Origin: Ktedonobacteria bacterium
Lineage (GTDB): Bacteria > Chloroflexota > Ktedonobacteria > Ktedonobacterales > JACDGC01
Direction: 5' to 3'
Assembly: GCA_027459705.1 (NCBI GenBank)
Contig: DAIDHM010000104.1
Coordinates: forward strand, 456-64,455
Length of the DNA: 64,000 bases
Part shown: one piece after another, positions 19,266 to 30,923 of the stretch
Layout: every line of letters starts with the position of its first letter
Numbering within the stretch: the stretch's first letter is position 1
Notes under the pieces: model-generated
What the model was told of the DNA's origin: nothing
The model's input: the letters and a program-made list of their open reading frames with translations, nothing else
Databases searched by the model: none
Program-made: the position numbers and the translations under genes

Positions 19266-20384
19266 GTGAGCTTGACAAAAAAGGCGACGGCGGCAATGGG
19301 TTACGATATCACCCTGATTCCTGGTGATGGTACTGGTCCGGAGATCACTGAAGCGACGCGTCGCGTTCTGGAAGCGACCGGCATCGAGTTTCGCTGGCAT
19401 GTCCAGGAAGCTGGCATGAGTGTCCTGGAGCGTGAGGGAACCATCCTCCCTCAACGCGTCATCGACTCAATACGCAAGACCAAGGTGGGCCTCAAAGGGC
19501 CGATCACGACCCCGATCGGACGCGGGCTGCGTAGCGCCAATGTGACCCTCCGCAAATCCCTGGATCTCTATGCTAATTTGCGGCCTGCAAAATCGTATCC
19601 AGGCCTACGCTCGCGCTACCATGATATCGATCTGATCATCGTGCGTGAGAACACCGAGGATCTTTACGCGGGTATCGAGTTCCCGCGTGGCTCTCCCGAT
19701 CTCAATGAATTGATCGACTGGCTGGGTGAGCACCATCAACCACACCTCGACAAGGAAGCCGCGATTAGCATCAAATATATCTCGGTCGCGGCGACACGAC
19801 GCATTGTGCATTTCGCCTTTCAGTACGCGGTGGCGAACCGCAGGCACAAGGTGACGGCGGTGCATAAGGCGAACATCATGCGCCACTCCGATGGCCTCTT
19901 CCTCACGACCGCGCACGAGGTGGCAAAAGAGTATCCCCAGATCCAGTTCGAAGATCGCATCGTCGATAATATGTGTATGCAACTGGTGCAGAAACCGGAG
20001 CAATACGATGTGCTCGTCCTGCCCAATCTGTATGGTGACATCCTCTCTGACCTCTCAGCCGGACTGATCGGTGGGTTGGGGGTCGCGCCTGGCGCGAATA
20101 TCGGCCAGGAGTATGCGGTCTTTGAGCCAGTGCATGGTAGCGCGCCCAAATATGCTGGCCAGAACAAGGTGAATCCGATGGCGATGATGTTCTCGGGTGT
20201 GTTGATGCTGCGCCATCTCCAGGAATATGACGCCGCCGACCGGCTGGACCATGCGCTGGGAGCGATTATCGCCGAAGGGCACTATGTCACCTATGATCTG
20301 AAATCGGCGCCAGATGATAAAACTGCCGTCGGAACTTCGCAGGTTGCCGATGCCGTCATCGCGCGGCTCCGCGCTGCCCATTGA
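19266..20384 (+). CDS. icd: Isocitrate/isopropylmalate dehydrogenase family (NAD-IDH-like)
   Basis: LIPGDGTGPEI, KGPITTP, SANVTLRK, RENTEDLY, HKANIM, NLYGDILSD, EPVHGSAP. Confidence 0.85.
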   Translation: MSLTKKATAAMGYDITLIPGDGTGPEITEATRRVLEATGIEFRWHVQEAGMSVLEREGTILPQRVIDSIRKTKVGLKGPITTPIGRGLRSANVTLRKSLDLYANLRPAKSYPGLRSRYHDIDLIIVRENTEDLYAGIEFPRGSPDLNELIDWLGEHHQPHLDKEAAISIKYISVAATRRIVHFAFQYAVANRRHKVTAVHKANIMRHSDGLFLTTAHEVAKEYPQIQFEDRIVDNMCMQLVQKPEQYDVLVLPNLYGDILSDLSAGLIGGLGVAPGANIGQEYAVFEPVHGSAPKYAGQNKVNPMAMMFSGVLMLRHLQEYDAADRLDHALGAIIAEGHYVTYDLKSAPDDKTAVGTSQVADAVIARLRAAH

Positions 20385-20522
20385 GCGCGTGGTGAAGCCC
20401 GAGCACCTGGCCAGTAACGACAGGTTGGCTGCCAGGTGCCGACTGTTTGCGCCGCGATGTGATATGATCTCTTCTGGTTTCATCCACCGAACTCCCATGC
20501 AATAAAAAGGAAGACTGTACCT

Positions 20523-22418
20523 GTGGCTACTTCTAAACCGTCAAAGGATCGCGACCGCGATCGACCGCGCAAGACACCGGCGGCGCCTGGCAAGCGCAGC
20601 CCCAAGGCGACCACCCTCCGCACGGTGACCTGTGGCGATCTCAATATCACGGATGTCGGGACCGAGGTCACCCTGGTTGGCTGGGTCAATCGCCGCCGCG
20701 ACCATGGGAAACTGATCTTCATCGATCTGCGCGATCGCTATGGCGTGACACAGATTATCGTCGACCCTGAGCGCACACCCGCAGGCAGCACATTGCTTGA
20801 GACTGCTGCCGAGACGCGATCCGAGTATGTTCTGCGCGTGGTGGGTACGGTGGCAAAACGCACCCCCGAGACGGTCAATGCCAACCTCAGCACCGGGGAG
20901 ATCGAGATTATCGGGCAGCAGATCGAATTATTGAACGCCGCCAAGACGCTGCCTTTTCCTATCTCGGATAGTAATCTACCGGTTGATGAAGCGCTGCGCA
21001 TGCGTTACCGCTATCTGGATCTGCGGCGCGGACCTATGCGCTCGCGACTGGAACTGCGCCATCGCATGGCGTTGGCAATGCGCAATTTCCTCGATCAACG
21101 CGCCTTCGTTGAGGTCGAGACGCCCATTTTGACGAAAAGCACGCCCGAAGGCGCGCGCGATTATCTGGTGCCCAGTCGTGTCTGGCCAGGTGAGTTTTAT
21201 GCTCTGCCCCAGGCGCCACAGCAGTTCAAGCAATTGCTGATGGTGGCGGGCCTGGATCGCTATTTCCAGATTGCCCGCTGTTTTCGCGATGAGGATCTGC
21301 GCGGTGACCGCCAGCCCGAGTTTACGCAGCTGGATCTGGAGATGAGCTTCGTCAATGAAGAGGATGTGATGGGGCTGATCGAAGAATTGGTCACCCATCT
21401 GATCGAGACGCTCTCCACGCGGCGCATCAAGCAGAAGCCTTTCCCGCATGTCCACTATGCCGACGCCATTGAACGCTATGGCATCGACCGACCGGATATG
21501 CGCTTCGATCTCCCCTTAAAGACGCTGGGCGATCTGGCGGAACTGGGTGATTTCAAAGTCTTCAAGGATGCGCTGAGCCAGGGTGGCGTCGTGAAGGGGT
21601 TCCGCATCCCTGGCATGGGGGGCGCCACGCGCAAAGAACTGGATGAATTGACCGAATTCGCGCGGTAGCTGGGCGCCAAAGGGCTGGTGACGCTGACGAT
21701 CGGTCTGGATGGCGCTATCAAGTCGCCGCTCACCAGGGCGCTTTCACCAACTGACCTGGGCAAAGTGACCGCGCACTACAACGCCGAGCCGGGCGATCTG
21801 ATCGTCTTTGTCGCCGATAGCCTGAAGGTCTGCAACGATGTGCTCTATCGCTTGCGCATCCGCATGGGCGAGAAGCTGGGCCTGATCGATCCCAACGAAG
21901 CGGCGCTCTGCTGGGTGGTCGATTTCCCGATGTTCGAGGTGATCGAGGAGAATGGCGAGCAGCGCTACCACGCCACCCACAACCCGTTCTCTGGCGTCAA
22001 GCCGGGGCACGAAGCGCTCTTTCAGAGCGATCCGCTGGCGGCGACAGCGCGCCAGTATGATATCGTCTTCAATGGCTATGAGATCGGTGGCGGATCAATC
22101 CGCATTCATAAAGCCGAGTTGCAGCGCGAGGTTTTCGGCTTGTTGGGTCTGGATGCGTCACAGATCGACGAACAATTCGGGCACATGCTTGAGGCCTTCG
22201 AACTCGGCGCGCCGCCCCATGGTGGTATCGCGCTCGGCTTCGATCGCCTGGTGATGCTTTTGGCAGGGACGGACAATATCCGTGAGGTGATGGCCTTCCC
22301 CAAGAACGCCAATGCGCAAGATCTCCTGATGCACGCGCCCTCGCCGGTGGACAGCGCGCAGTTGGATGAACTGCATCTGTCGGTCAAGTTGCCACCGCCC
22401 GACCCGGCAAAATCCTGA
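20523..22418 (+). CDS. aspS: Aspartate-tRNA ligase interrupted by an in-frame TAG at 21666-21668
   Basis: [44 protein letters not shown], then in the same frame GGGSIRIH and [14 protein letters not shown]. Confidence 0.93.
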
Positions 22419-22490
22419 GCGGCGCACTCCAGAACGGTGTGAGTGATGCGACTCGGCTCACGCCGTTCTGGTGGACGAATGCCACCATGC

Positions 22491-25400
22491 CTATGGGGCA
22501 CGCTGCTCTGGCATCGCCTGGGTTGTGGCGGCCGCGATCTGCCCCAACGCCACTTCGATGGCGCGCTCCAACTGCGGATCGCGTCCCTGGGCATAGTCCT
22601 GGGGGCGATATTCCACGGGGATGGTCGGCTCAGCGCCGTAGTTCTCCAACCCCCAACCGACATCGGGGAACCAGGTCGGGTACTCTGGTTGCGTCGTCAG
22701 GGTGCCATCGACGAGCTGGATATAGGCATTGTAGCCAATGACCCCACCCCACGTTCGCGTCCCAATCACCGGGCCGAGCCCCAGCAGGCGGAACGCGTGA
22801 CTGAAGACATCGCCATCCGATCCGGTGCTCTCATTGACGATCGCCACCATCGGCCCACGAGGCGATTCCACGGGATATGGTATCGGGGGCCCCCAACGCG
22901 GAAAGTCATAACCCAGCCGCCGCCGCGCCAGTTTCTCCAGCAGCAACCACGAAACGTAGCCACCGCTGTTCCAACGCGCGTCGATGATCAGCGCTTCATG
23001 GTCATATTCCGTCAGATACGCACGATGAAACTCGGCAAATCCCGTGGGGCTCATATTCGGAATGTGGATATAGCCGACGCGCCCGGCAGTTGCCGCGCGG
23101 ACGTGGCTACGGTTGGCATTCACCCAATCGCGATAACGTCCCTCAACCTCGTCATCCAGCGCTTTGACAGTGATATGGCGCATCTCGCCATTAGCGGCCG
23201 CGCGAATCAACAACGTCACTTCGCCCATCGACTGATTCACCAACAGGTGTTGCGGACCACGTGTCGCGCTCAATCGTTGGCCATTGATCGCAACGACCTC
23301 ATCGCCGCGCTGCACTTGCAAGCCTGGTCCCAGCAGCGGCGATGTCGTCTCGGGATCCCAGGGATCGCCGCGGACGAAGCGTTCGATGCGGTAGGCGCCC
23401 GTGGCGTCATTGAGTCGCCAATCGACGCCCAGATATCCCTGGCGATAGACAGGGTGGGGACGATACTCACCACCCATCTCATACGCGTGTGATGTGCCCA
23501 GCTCGCCCTGCATCTCATGGATCAGATCCGAGAGTTCGCCACGTGTGGCGATGCGTTCCACCAGCGGTTCGTAGCGGGCGCGCACCGCCAGCCAATCGAT
23601 ACCATTCATATCGGCGGTCCAGAACTGCTCGCGCTGCAGTCGCCAGGCCTCACCAAACATCTGGCGCCATTCCAACGCTGGCTGCAGCCCAACCCGGACC
23701 CGACTGAGATCTAACCAGCCGGTCTCACGACCAGCACGATTCTCAGGGGCGATCTTCTCACCGAGGCGCAAGACGCGGAGCCGGTCGCCCGCGCGGTAGA
23801 GGATCACGCGTGGATCGGTAGCTTGCCCGACACTTCCCACGCCATCTACCAGCGATTCAGCGCGCATCTTCTCATAGTTGTAACTGAGCAAGACGCCGCG
23901 CGAACTGGATGACGCATATGCGCTGGCACTGATCAGACCCTCAACCGGTTTCACAAGGAAGAGAGCGCCGTCGATAGTCCCGATTACTTGCTGATAGCGC
24001 CCCTCCGGAATGGGAAACGCCACGATGCGCTCGCGTATTCCTGCGAAATCGATGCGGATGCCTTCTTCTTCCGCTTTTGTCTGCTCGTCTTGCGCTGGCG
24101 CTGTGGGGGCCTTGGTCGCCTGGGCTGGCTCGGCTGATGACGACACGGGATCGGCGCGCTGTTCCTGGTCGGTCTCTGGTGTAGGGTGAGCAGCGTCGTC
24201 AGTGGAAGACGCTTGGTCGATGCTGCCGGCCGTCGTTGGTACGCCATCCGCTGGCGGATCTTGATCGTCGGAAGTCTTTTCATCCGCGACATCTTCCGTT
24301 GCCAGATCAGGGATGACCGGACGGAAAGGCGACGGCACGGTATCGCGCAACGTGATCAGATAGGGTCTGACGGCCTTGGGGAAGCTCATCTCTAATTGCA
24401 ACATATCACGGACAGGATCAAAGCTGCGTTCACTCAAGAAGAGAAGGTAGCGGCCACGCGGATCAAAGGCGGGGCGGTAATCGATCGTTACGGGATCGGT
24501 GACTTGATAGGTCTCACCGGTTGCGACTCGCGCGATCTTGATGGCCATCTGGTGCGGTGCGATAGCACTGCCATAGGCGACCCAGTTGCCATCTGGCGCC
24601 CAGGCCAGGCCACCCGTCAGCGCTGAGACACCGCCCTGGCCAAACTCCGCCCGATCCAGCACGCGCATGGTCTCAGCGGCCAGATCCACCAGCAGAATCT
24701 CGTTGCGATGATTGGCGATCATGACGAGATCTCCCGTGGGGGCCGCCGCCAACTCGACTACATGACCGATATCCAGCGTGGTCAGCAGCCGATCGGGTTC
24801 GGCGCCATCGACGCGACAGACCACCAGCCGCGGCTCGGAGCCATCATCCGCCACCGCCACGATGCGCCGCCCGTCGGCCAACCAGTCCAGATGTCGATAC
24901 CGAATGCCATCTGGCTCCCCGAGCTGCGAGACCGCGCCATCGAAATTCGGCATGCTGAAGATCTTGCCACGCGCGATCATGGCGATGGTGTGGCCATAGG
25001 GATGAAGCGCTGCCTCCTCCAGATTGCGGCTGGCAGAGACAAAACGGCGCTGGCGCTGCGCGCGTGTCCCCGCGAGATCCACGTCCAGTCGCCGCGCGTT
25101 GCCTTCACGCGGGTCGAGCAGGTAAAGATCGCCGCCCGCGTGAAAGACGGCGCGACGCCCATCGCTCTTCAGATCGCGAGCATAAAACTCGCCCAATGCG
25201 CTATGACGGCGGAGATCTTCGCCTTGCGCGTTCACAGAATAGACTGCGCCTATGCCTTCATGGTCCGCGATGAAATACAGACGGTCAGCGATCCAGCAGG
25301 GCGTCGTCAGATTCTGGATCTCTGGGACGATGCGGGTGAATGCTCCATCCCCCGCGCGATCAATCCAGAGCTTCCCGGTGGCACCACCGCGATAGCGCTT

Positions 25401-25916
25401 CCAGAAGGCAGGTTCGCCGGTATGGCGCCCCAGGACCACCATGCCGTCCGGTCCATAGGCAATGGCCGAGGCCAGGCCATATGGCAGGGGCAACGCTTCA
25501 CCGCCAGTGGGCGCGATCGCCATCAGCGCGCGCCAGCGATCCATCGGTTGCCGCGATGCCGTCGAAAAGATGATCAGCGCGCCATCAGGCGACCAGGCTT
25601 CGGCGACCGGGCCACCCTCCTGATAGGTGAGGCGCGTAGCCGCGCCACCCGACGCAGGGATGACAAAAATCTCTGCAGGCCCCTCCTCGTGACCCGTAAA
25701 CGCGATCCACGCGCCATCGGGCGAGAAGAGCGGCAACCTGGTCGGCGCGAGATGGGCAGTCAGGCGCTCGGCGCGGCCACCGATGCTCTGGACACGCCAG
25801 AGATCATCCTCAGCGGTGAAGACCAGTGTATCATCGTGTATGGTTGGATAACGCAGATAGACTTGCGGAGCGTCATTGGAGGGCATGCGGCTGGTGCCAT
25901 ACCTTTCGTCGCGCAT
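22491..25916 (-). CDS. Tricorn protease homolog (S41 peptidase with beta-propellers and PDZ)
   Basis: YLRYPTI..VFTAEDDLW, WKRYRGG, GELGTSHAY, GYIHIPNM, GSDGD, GTRTWGG, ENYGAEP. Confidence 0.95.
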   Translation of the reverse strand: MRDERYGTSRMPSNDAPQVYLRYPTIHDDTLVFTAEDDLWRVQSIGGRAERLTAHLAPTRLPLFSPDGAWIAFTGHEEGPAEIFVIPASGGAATRLTYQEGGPVAEAWSPDGALIIFSTASRQPMDRWRALMAIAPTGGEALPLPYGLASAIAYGPDGMVVLGRHTGEPAFWKRYRGGATGKLWIDRAGDGAFTRIVPEIQNLTTPCWIADRLYFIADHEGIGAVYSVNAQGEDLRRHSALGEFYARDLKSDGRRAVFHAGGDLYLLDPREGNARRLDVDLAGTRAQRQRRFVSASRNLEEAALHPYGHTIAMIARGKIFSMPNFDGAVSQLGEPDGIRYRHLDWLADGRRIVAVADDGSEPRLVVCRVDGAEPDRLLTTLDIGHVVELAAAPTGDLVMIANHRNEILLVDLAAETMRVLDRAEFGQGGVSALTGGLAWAPDGNWVAYGSAIAPHQMAIKIARVATGETYQVTDPVTIDYRPAFDPRGRYLLFLSERSFDPVRDMLQLEMSFPKAVRPYLITLRDTVPSPFRPVIPDLATEDVADEKTSDDQDPPADGVPTTAGSIDQASSTDDAAHPTPETDQEQRADPVSSSAEPAQATKAPTAPAQDEQTKAEEEGIRIDFAGIRERIVAFPIPEGRYQQVIGTIDGALFLVKPVEGLISASAYASSSSRGVLLSYNYEKMRAESLVDGVGSVGQATDPRVILYRAGDRLRVLRLGEKIAPENRAGRETGWLDLSRVRVGLQPALEWRQMFGEAWRLQREQFWTADMNGIDWLAVRARYEPLVERIATRGELSDLIHEMQGELGTSHAYEMGGEYRPHPVYRQGYLGVDWRLNDATGAYRIERFVRGDPWDPETTSPLLGPGLQVQRGDEVVAINGQRLSATRGPQHLLVNQSMGEVTLLIRAAANGEMRHITVKALDDEVEGRYRDWVNANRSHVRAATAGRVGYIHIPNMSPTGFAEFHRAYLTEYDHEALIIDARWNSGGYVSWLLLEKLARRRLGYDFPRWGPPIPYPVESPRGPMVAIVNESTGSDGDVFSHAFRLLGLGPVIGTRTWGGVIGYNAYIQLVDGTLTTQPEYPTWFPDVGWGLENYGAEPTIPVEYRPQDYAQGRDPQLERAIEVALGQIAAATTQAMPEQRAP

Positions 25917-25986
25917 ATGATCGCGTAGATTAAAAAATGGTAAACTACACGGTATCCTACGCGCAGCAAAGACCCTGTGTCAAGCG

Positions 25987-26202
25987 CTAATTCGCCCCGC
26001 AAGTTTGCTGGTGAGCCAGGAATCGGCCGACCTTCTCGAGCAGCGGGCGGAGCTGGTTCTGGTTGAACTGTGGTGTGTATCGACTGAATGGGGTCGTGCG
26101 GATATCGACGAGGCAGGTAATTCCCGCACGCTGCAAGATTGCCAGCAAGGCTTCGAACGGGACGTTGCTGTGTCCAACTGTGTAGACAATACTCTCTGTC
26201 AT
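25987..26202 (-). pseudogene. Truncated DUF488 family gene
   Basis: YTVGHSN...LVDIRTTPFSR..PQFN; only 71 aa, and the family is normally much longer. Confidence 0.75.
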
Positions 26203-26508
26203 CTTTCACCCATCCTGCTGAGATCGCGCTCTCCACGCGAACCAGATCAGACGTGCCAATAGCGATTAATAGCCTCCATGCTGTAGAAAAGAAACGTTGA
26301 AAACATCATACACCAGGTTTGGATGCCTGTTCAAGTCTGAAAGGATCCCATTGCGATCGATCGATGCTGGGTCGGCGTCGCCACGTGGTGACGCAGCGCC
26401 TGTTGGTGCGGCTGACCAGTGTGGGGTGTGTTGGTATGGGAATTTTTGGATTGGGCGATTGGCCAGCCCGGCGGCCGGAGAAACCTACGGTCGCCGGGCT
26501 GCGCGCTG

Positions 26509-29076
26509 TTATGGCGTCAGCTTCAGGATATTGACCGCGGCAGCTTTGACGGCCGCGGACGAGAAAGTCATCGGCTGATACTGTCCCTGATCCCAGAGGG
26601 GGAGCAGATCGAAATTGTGTGGGGCGAAGGGCAGGCCAGATTCGCCGGTGGTGGTGATGTACTTTGAATTGTCCAGATTGCTCATATCGATGATCTCGCG
26701 CATCGACGGCACGGTATCCTGGCTGTAATCGCCATCTGCGAAGTTCCCAGCGCCGCCGACATTGACCGTCGACGAGTCCCCTGGCCGCTGGACCGTCTGG
26801 TCAGGGAAGATCAGATTGAGGGGGGGAACGCTCGCTAACTGACTGGCGAAAGTGGCATGGTGCAGACTGCCCCAGAGCCAGCGCGTCGGATCGCTCGTGC
26901 CGTAGGTCTTCGTGAGATCGCTGGCCGCCTCATCTTCTGCATGCCGTACGGCGGTGGCGCAGTCCGCTGCGGTCGGACATAATGGCGCTTGGGGTGCATC
27001 CAACAGATTGCGAACGATCAGGAACTTGTCGATCGCGTAGACGTTCTGGTCCCATTGGTTATAGGACGTCTTATTCAGCACCGGGTGGAGTAAGTCTTGC
27101 AACAGATGGGTGGTTGTCACCTCATAAAAGGTCGCCGCCGCGCTGTTGCGGGGCATGGAGCCATCCCAACCCGCTAGCAAGGTTTGCGCCGCCCGCGCGC
27201 CAGCGCTGGTCTGGCCATCGGCCGCACTCAGGTAGAGCGGAGCGATCTGTTGTGCCGGGATCGAGGTGACATCCAATTGCACTTGCGCGACATCCGCCGG
27301 GCTGAATTGGGGTTTCGCCAGCAAGAGTTGCTCGATGCGTTTGGCGCGATAGCCAATATCCCAATCGTTGGTGATGAAGTAGGGATAATTCGGCGAGGTA
27401 ATGCGGTTGTTGGCAGTCAGGATGATACCGGTTGGTGGATTAAAGAGGTGCGGCATGGCATCGAAAGGCACACGCCCGGTCCAGTCAAATGCCCCATTCG
27501 CGCTCTCCACTGGAACAAGCCCGTTGAGTAGCGGGCGGATCGGCAACCAGCCAGAAAGGCGATAGCCGATATTGCCCTGGGTGTCGGCATAGACAAAATT
27601 CTGACTGATCGAGATATTGCGCAAAGCATCCTCGAATTCCGACCAGTTGCGGGCGGCGCCGAGCATGAAGAAGCCAGCGAACGTATACCCTGGCTGGAGG
27701 GCTGTCCATTGTAGTGCCATTGGTGCGGCGGATTTGAAATCCTTCCCCAGCACATCATTCAGGATCGGGCCGTGATTCGTGACGCGGACAGTGATATGCT
27801 GATCGGCCCCGCCTTTGACATGGATCACTTCATCGCGTGTCTGCAGGGGAACCATGGTGCCGCCGTGCAAATATTCCGTCTTATCAGCGGAAAGGTGCTC
27901 AATGTACATATCCGTATCATCGACCATGCCATCAGTCACCCCCCAGGCGATGTGGTCATTATGGCCGATGATGATCCCCGGAACGCCGGGAAAAGAGAAG
28001 CCGATGGCATTATAATGGTCCGCGGGGTTGTCATCATGCAACCCAATCTCGTACCAGATCGCAGGATACTGGATACCGAGATGGGGATCATTCGCCAGGA
28101 TCGGCAAGCCGGTGGTGGTGTGCGACCCAGCAATCACCCAGTCATTACTCCCCAGGACGCCACCGGTCCGGCCGAGTAGCGCTTGCAATTGGGCAACCCC
28201 AGGACCTAATGTGGCGTGGCTGAGCGTCGCCAGATCTGCCGCTTCGTTAGCGGGCAGATTGCGCAAGAGCGCCGCAGTGCTGGCAGATGGTGTTGGCGCA
28301 GGCGCCTCGCTCCCAAGTGGCAGCTCGGTGGTGCCCGTTGCGTCGATCAAGGTCGGGTTGTCGGCGGGATAGCTGGGGAAAAGCTGCGCAGTGAGGGTGG
28401 GCCCGACCTGCGCCAGCACCATTGCGCGCGCGAGCTTGATGCTCCAGGATCCATCCAGGTCGAGCGCGACCACCTTGCCATAGGCAATCGAATCCGTGTC
28501 ATGCCATGGTTCCGGCGTGAATCCCAGGACGCGGAACTCCAGGGGCAGGCTGTTCATATGTGTCGATATGTAGGCATTGACCCCCTGGGTATAGGCATCT
28601 AGTTCAGCGTGCAGGTCAGATGGCAACGCGTCAACATCGGCCTGGGCGGTGCGAGTGAGGCCCAGCGTGCGCAAGAATTCGTCTGTGGGGACGACACTCG
28701 CGCCAAAAATCTCAGACAAGCGTCCAGCCGCGACACGGCGATTGAACTCCATCTGAAATAGGCGATCCTGGGCGGTCACATAGCCTTGCGCAAAGAAGAG
28801 ATCGTGCTGATCGCTGGCATCGATATGGGGGACGCCATAGGCATCGCGTGTGACGGTGATGGGGGCATGGACGCCCGCGATCTGGATGGTGCCGCTCGTC
28901 TGCGGGATGGCAGTGCGGATAAGCAACGTGGCGCCCAGGGCGATATCAGCCACGAGGATGACCAGGGTCGCCAGGCTGAGCGTCAGGCGGCGGCGCCAGC
29001 GACGGGGACGCGGCGGCGGGGAAAGCTCAGAATCAGGAGATGAGGACGAACCTATCGTCTGCTCGCCAGTGGTCAT
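26509..29076 (-). CDS. Penicillin acylase family Ntn-hydrolase, membrane-anchored
   Basis: RDAYGVPHI, AQDRLFQM, GSNDWV (Ser nucleophile), LANDPHL, QNFVYAD, TANN. Confidence 0.95.
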   Translation of the reverse strand: MTTGEQTIGSSSSPDSELSPPPRPRRWRRRLTLSLATLVILVADIALGATLLIRTAIPQTSGTIQIAGVHAPITVTRDAYGVPHIDASDQHDLFFAQGYVTAQDRLFQMEFNRRVAAGRLSEIFGASVVPTDEFLRTLGLTRTAQADVDALPSDLHAELDAYTQGVNAYISTHMNSLPLEFRVLGFTPEPWHDTDSIAYGKVVALDLDGSWSIKLARAMVLAQVGPTLTAQLFPSYPADNPTLIDATGTTELPLGSEAPAPTPSASTAALLRNLPANEAADLATLSHATLGPGVAQLQALLGRTGGVLGSNDWVIAGSHTTTGLPILANDPHLGIQYPAIWYEIGLHDDNPADHYNAIGFSFPGVPGIIIGHNDHIAWGVTDGMVDDTDMYIEHLSADKTEYLHGGTMVPLQTRDEVIHVKGGADQHITVRVTNHGPILNDVLGKDFKSAAPMALQWTALQPGYTFAGFFMLGAARNWSEFEDALRNISISQNFVYADTQGNIGYRLSGWLPIRPLLNGLVPVESANGAFDWTGRVPFDAMPHLFNPPTGIILTANNRITSPNYPYFITNDWDIGYRAKRIEQLLLAKPQFSPADVAQVQLDVTSIPAQQIAPLYLSAADGQTSAGARAAQTLLAGWDGSMPRNSAAATFYEVTTTHLLQDLLHPVLNKTSYNQWDQNVYAIDKFLIVRNLLDAPQAPLCPTAADCATAVRHAEDEAASDLTKTYGTSDPTRWLWGSLHHATFASQLASVPPLNLIFPDQTVQRPGDSSTVNVGGAGNFADGDYSQDTVPSMREIIDMSNLDNSKYITTTGESGLPFAPHNFDLLPLWDQGQYQPMTFSSAAVKAAAVNILKLTP

Positions 29077-29304
29077 CAGTGTCCACCTTTCGCGATGAAG
29101 TTGCTGTGGAGATTGGGCCAGCGGCCCACGGGTAGCCAATTGGGGATGATAGCTGTACTATAGCAGGTGAGCACGCGCGCGACAACCCGCCCGCGCCTGG
29201 CTTTCGTGAGATAGGGCCACCGCTTTCATCGCCACAGGTTAGTGCTAAAATCTGTGGAGGCTCACTCAAGCCAAATCATAGCAACAGGTAAGAAGGTAGC
29301 GGTG

Positions 29305-29667
29305 ATGACTAACGTGCGTATCGGTTCGATTGTACTGCGGGTAGCCGATCTGCAACGACAAACGGCATTCTGGTCGGCGGCACTCGATTATGTACCCCGC
29401 GAAGGGCAGAGCGATGATTTCGTGCTGCTCCGTCCCCGCAACGGGGTTGGCCCCAATCTGTCTCTCGATCTCCATCATTCAGAACTGTCTGTGCCACCGC
29501 GCCTCCATCTGGACCTCTACACCGATGATCAGATGCATGAAGTCAGCCGCTTGATAGCATTAGGCGCCTCACGGGTCGAATGGAGCAAACGGCCCGTGGA
29601 TGCGGACTATGTCATCCTCGCGGATCCCGAAGGCAATCGCTTCTGTGTCATTGATACGACCCGCTAG
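29305..29667 (+). CDS. VOC/glyoxalase family protein
   Basis: FWSAAL, RLHLDL, LADPEGNRFCV. Confidence 0.9.
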   Translation: MTNVRIGSIVLRVADLQRQTAFWSAALDYVPREGQSDDFVLLRPRNGVGPNLSLDLHHSELSVPPRLHLDLYTDDQMHEVSRLIALGASRVEWSKRPVDADYVILADPEGNRFCVIDTTR

Positions 29668-29800
29668 CTGGGTGACGTGCCAGTGGGTGGATGTACGGCT
29701 CAGGTGGGTATGCCGGGGTGAGAGGGGCGACCTGATGCGCAAAAAACAGCAGCCATCCTGGCGAACGACGCCGGGTCGGCTGCTGGTGGTTTTCAGGATC

Positions 29801-30034
29801 TTACTTGCTCGCGCCAATTTTTGCGCCATTGAGTGGTCCGCCGAAGAGAGGAGCCAGGACACAGATATTGAAGATGCCGACGGCCATGAAGAAGAGGCCA
29901 ACGACGCCCAGCACAGCACCGAGCACCGGCGCGCCCGCTACAAATTGCATGATGCTCACGACAACCAATGCCAACCCGATGATGGCACGCGCTGCGCGCC
30001 CAAAGCCACTTGCCATGAATTTTGCGAATCCCAT
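29801..30034 (-). CDS. YgaP/DUF2892-like small membrane protein
   Basis: FMASGFGRAAR, two TMs, NICVLAPLFGGP. Confidence 0.8.
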   Translation of the reverse strand: MGFAKFMASGFGRAARAIIGLALVVVSIMQFVAGAPVLGAVLGVVGLFFMAVGIFNICVLAPLFGGPLNGAKIGASK

Positions 30035-30308
30035 TGTTGTACCCTCCAGCTGGTCAAACATGATACCGGTCTAGTCAGGCCGATGAATCTTGAACGCTCA
30101 ATGCGTTCTGTGTATGGAATGCATTGAGCGCGCGAAAGGTTACATCGATCAGCCCTGAATATCGTGCATTGCGAAAAACCGCTATTCCTGCGCGGGATGC
30201 TGCGATTCAGGAGCGAATGTCCATGCCCCATGCCCAGTTCCATGTGCTATAGTTCAGCATGAATCGATGCCTGGGTGGCGAACTCACTATGATCTGGAGG
30301 GGATCCTG

Positions 30309-30923
30309 TTGGACGTGGAGACCGAAGCGAGATTGGTCGCGCGATTGCAACAACGCGACCCTGAGGCTTTCGCCATCTTCTTCGATGCCCAGGTCGACCG
30401 GGTCTATCGCCTGGGCTATTCAGTGATGGGAAATCGCGAAGATGCCGACGAGGTGGTGCAGGCGACCTTCATCGCGGCTTATGACGCCATCGAACGCTTC
30501 GAGCCCCACGCGCGCCTTGCCACCTGGCTCTATCGCATCGCTTATCATCACTGTCTGATGCTGCTACGTCAACGCCATCCCACTGAGGCATTGCCCGATG
30601 AGGATGGCGCGCTACCGCAACCGGCCGCGCTGGTGGACTGGAGCGCCTGGCCAGAGAGTGTCGCGCTGGATGCTGAGGCGCACGCGGTGTTGCAGTCTGC
30701 CATTGCGACGCTCCCACCGCTGCTGCGCGCCGCCTTCGTCCTGCGCGATGTCGAGCAGATTCCAACAGCAGAGTGCGCCCACGTCCAGGGGATCAGCGAG
30801 AGCGCCTGCAAGGTGCGGCTGCACCGCGCGCGGCTGCTGCTGCGTGAACGGCTCGGCGAATATTTTGGCGACCGGATCGCGACACCGCATGCGGCTGGCG
30901 CGCCCCAGGAGGATCACCCATGA
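30309..30923 (+). CDS. ECF RNA polymerase sigma-70 factor
   Basis: DADEVVQATF, TWLYRIA, VRLHRAR; TTG start after GGAGGG. Confidence 0.92.
   Translation: MDVETEARLVARLQQRDPEAFAIFFDAQVDRVYRLGYSVMGNREDADEVVQATFIAAYDAIERFEPHARLATWLYRIAYHHCLMLLRQRHPTEALPDEDGALPQPAALVDWSAWPESVALDAEAHAVLQSAIATLPPLLRAAFVLRDVEQIPTAECAHVQGISESACKVRLHRARLLLRERLGEYFGDRIATPHAAGAPQEDHP

Noticed and set aside
20523-22418. Genome-wide TAG reassignment or pyrrolysine
   Set aside because: TAG terminates several normal-length genes in the window and no pyl genes are seen
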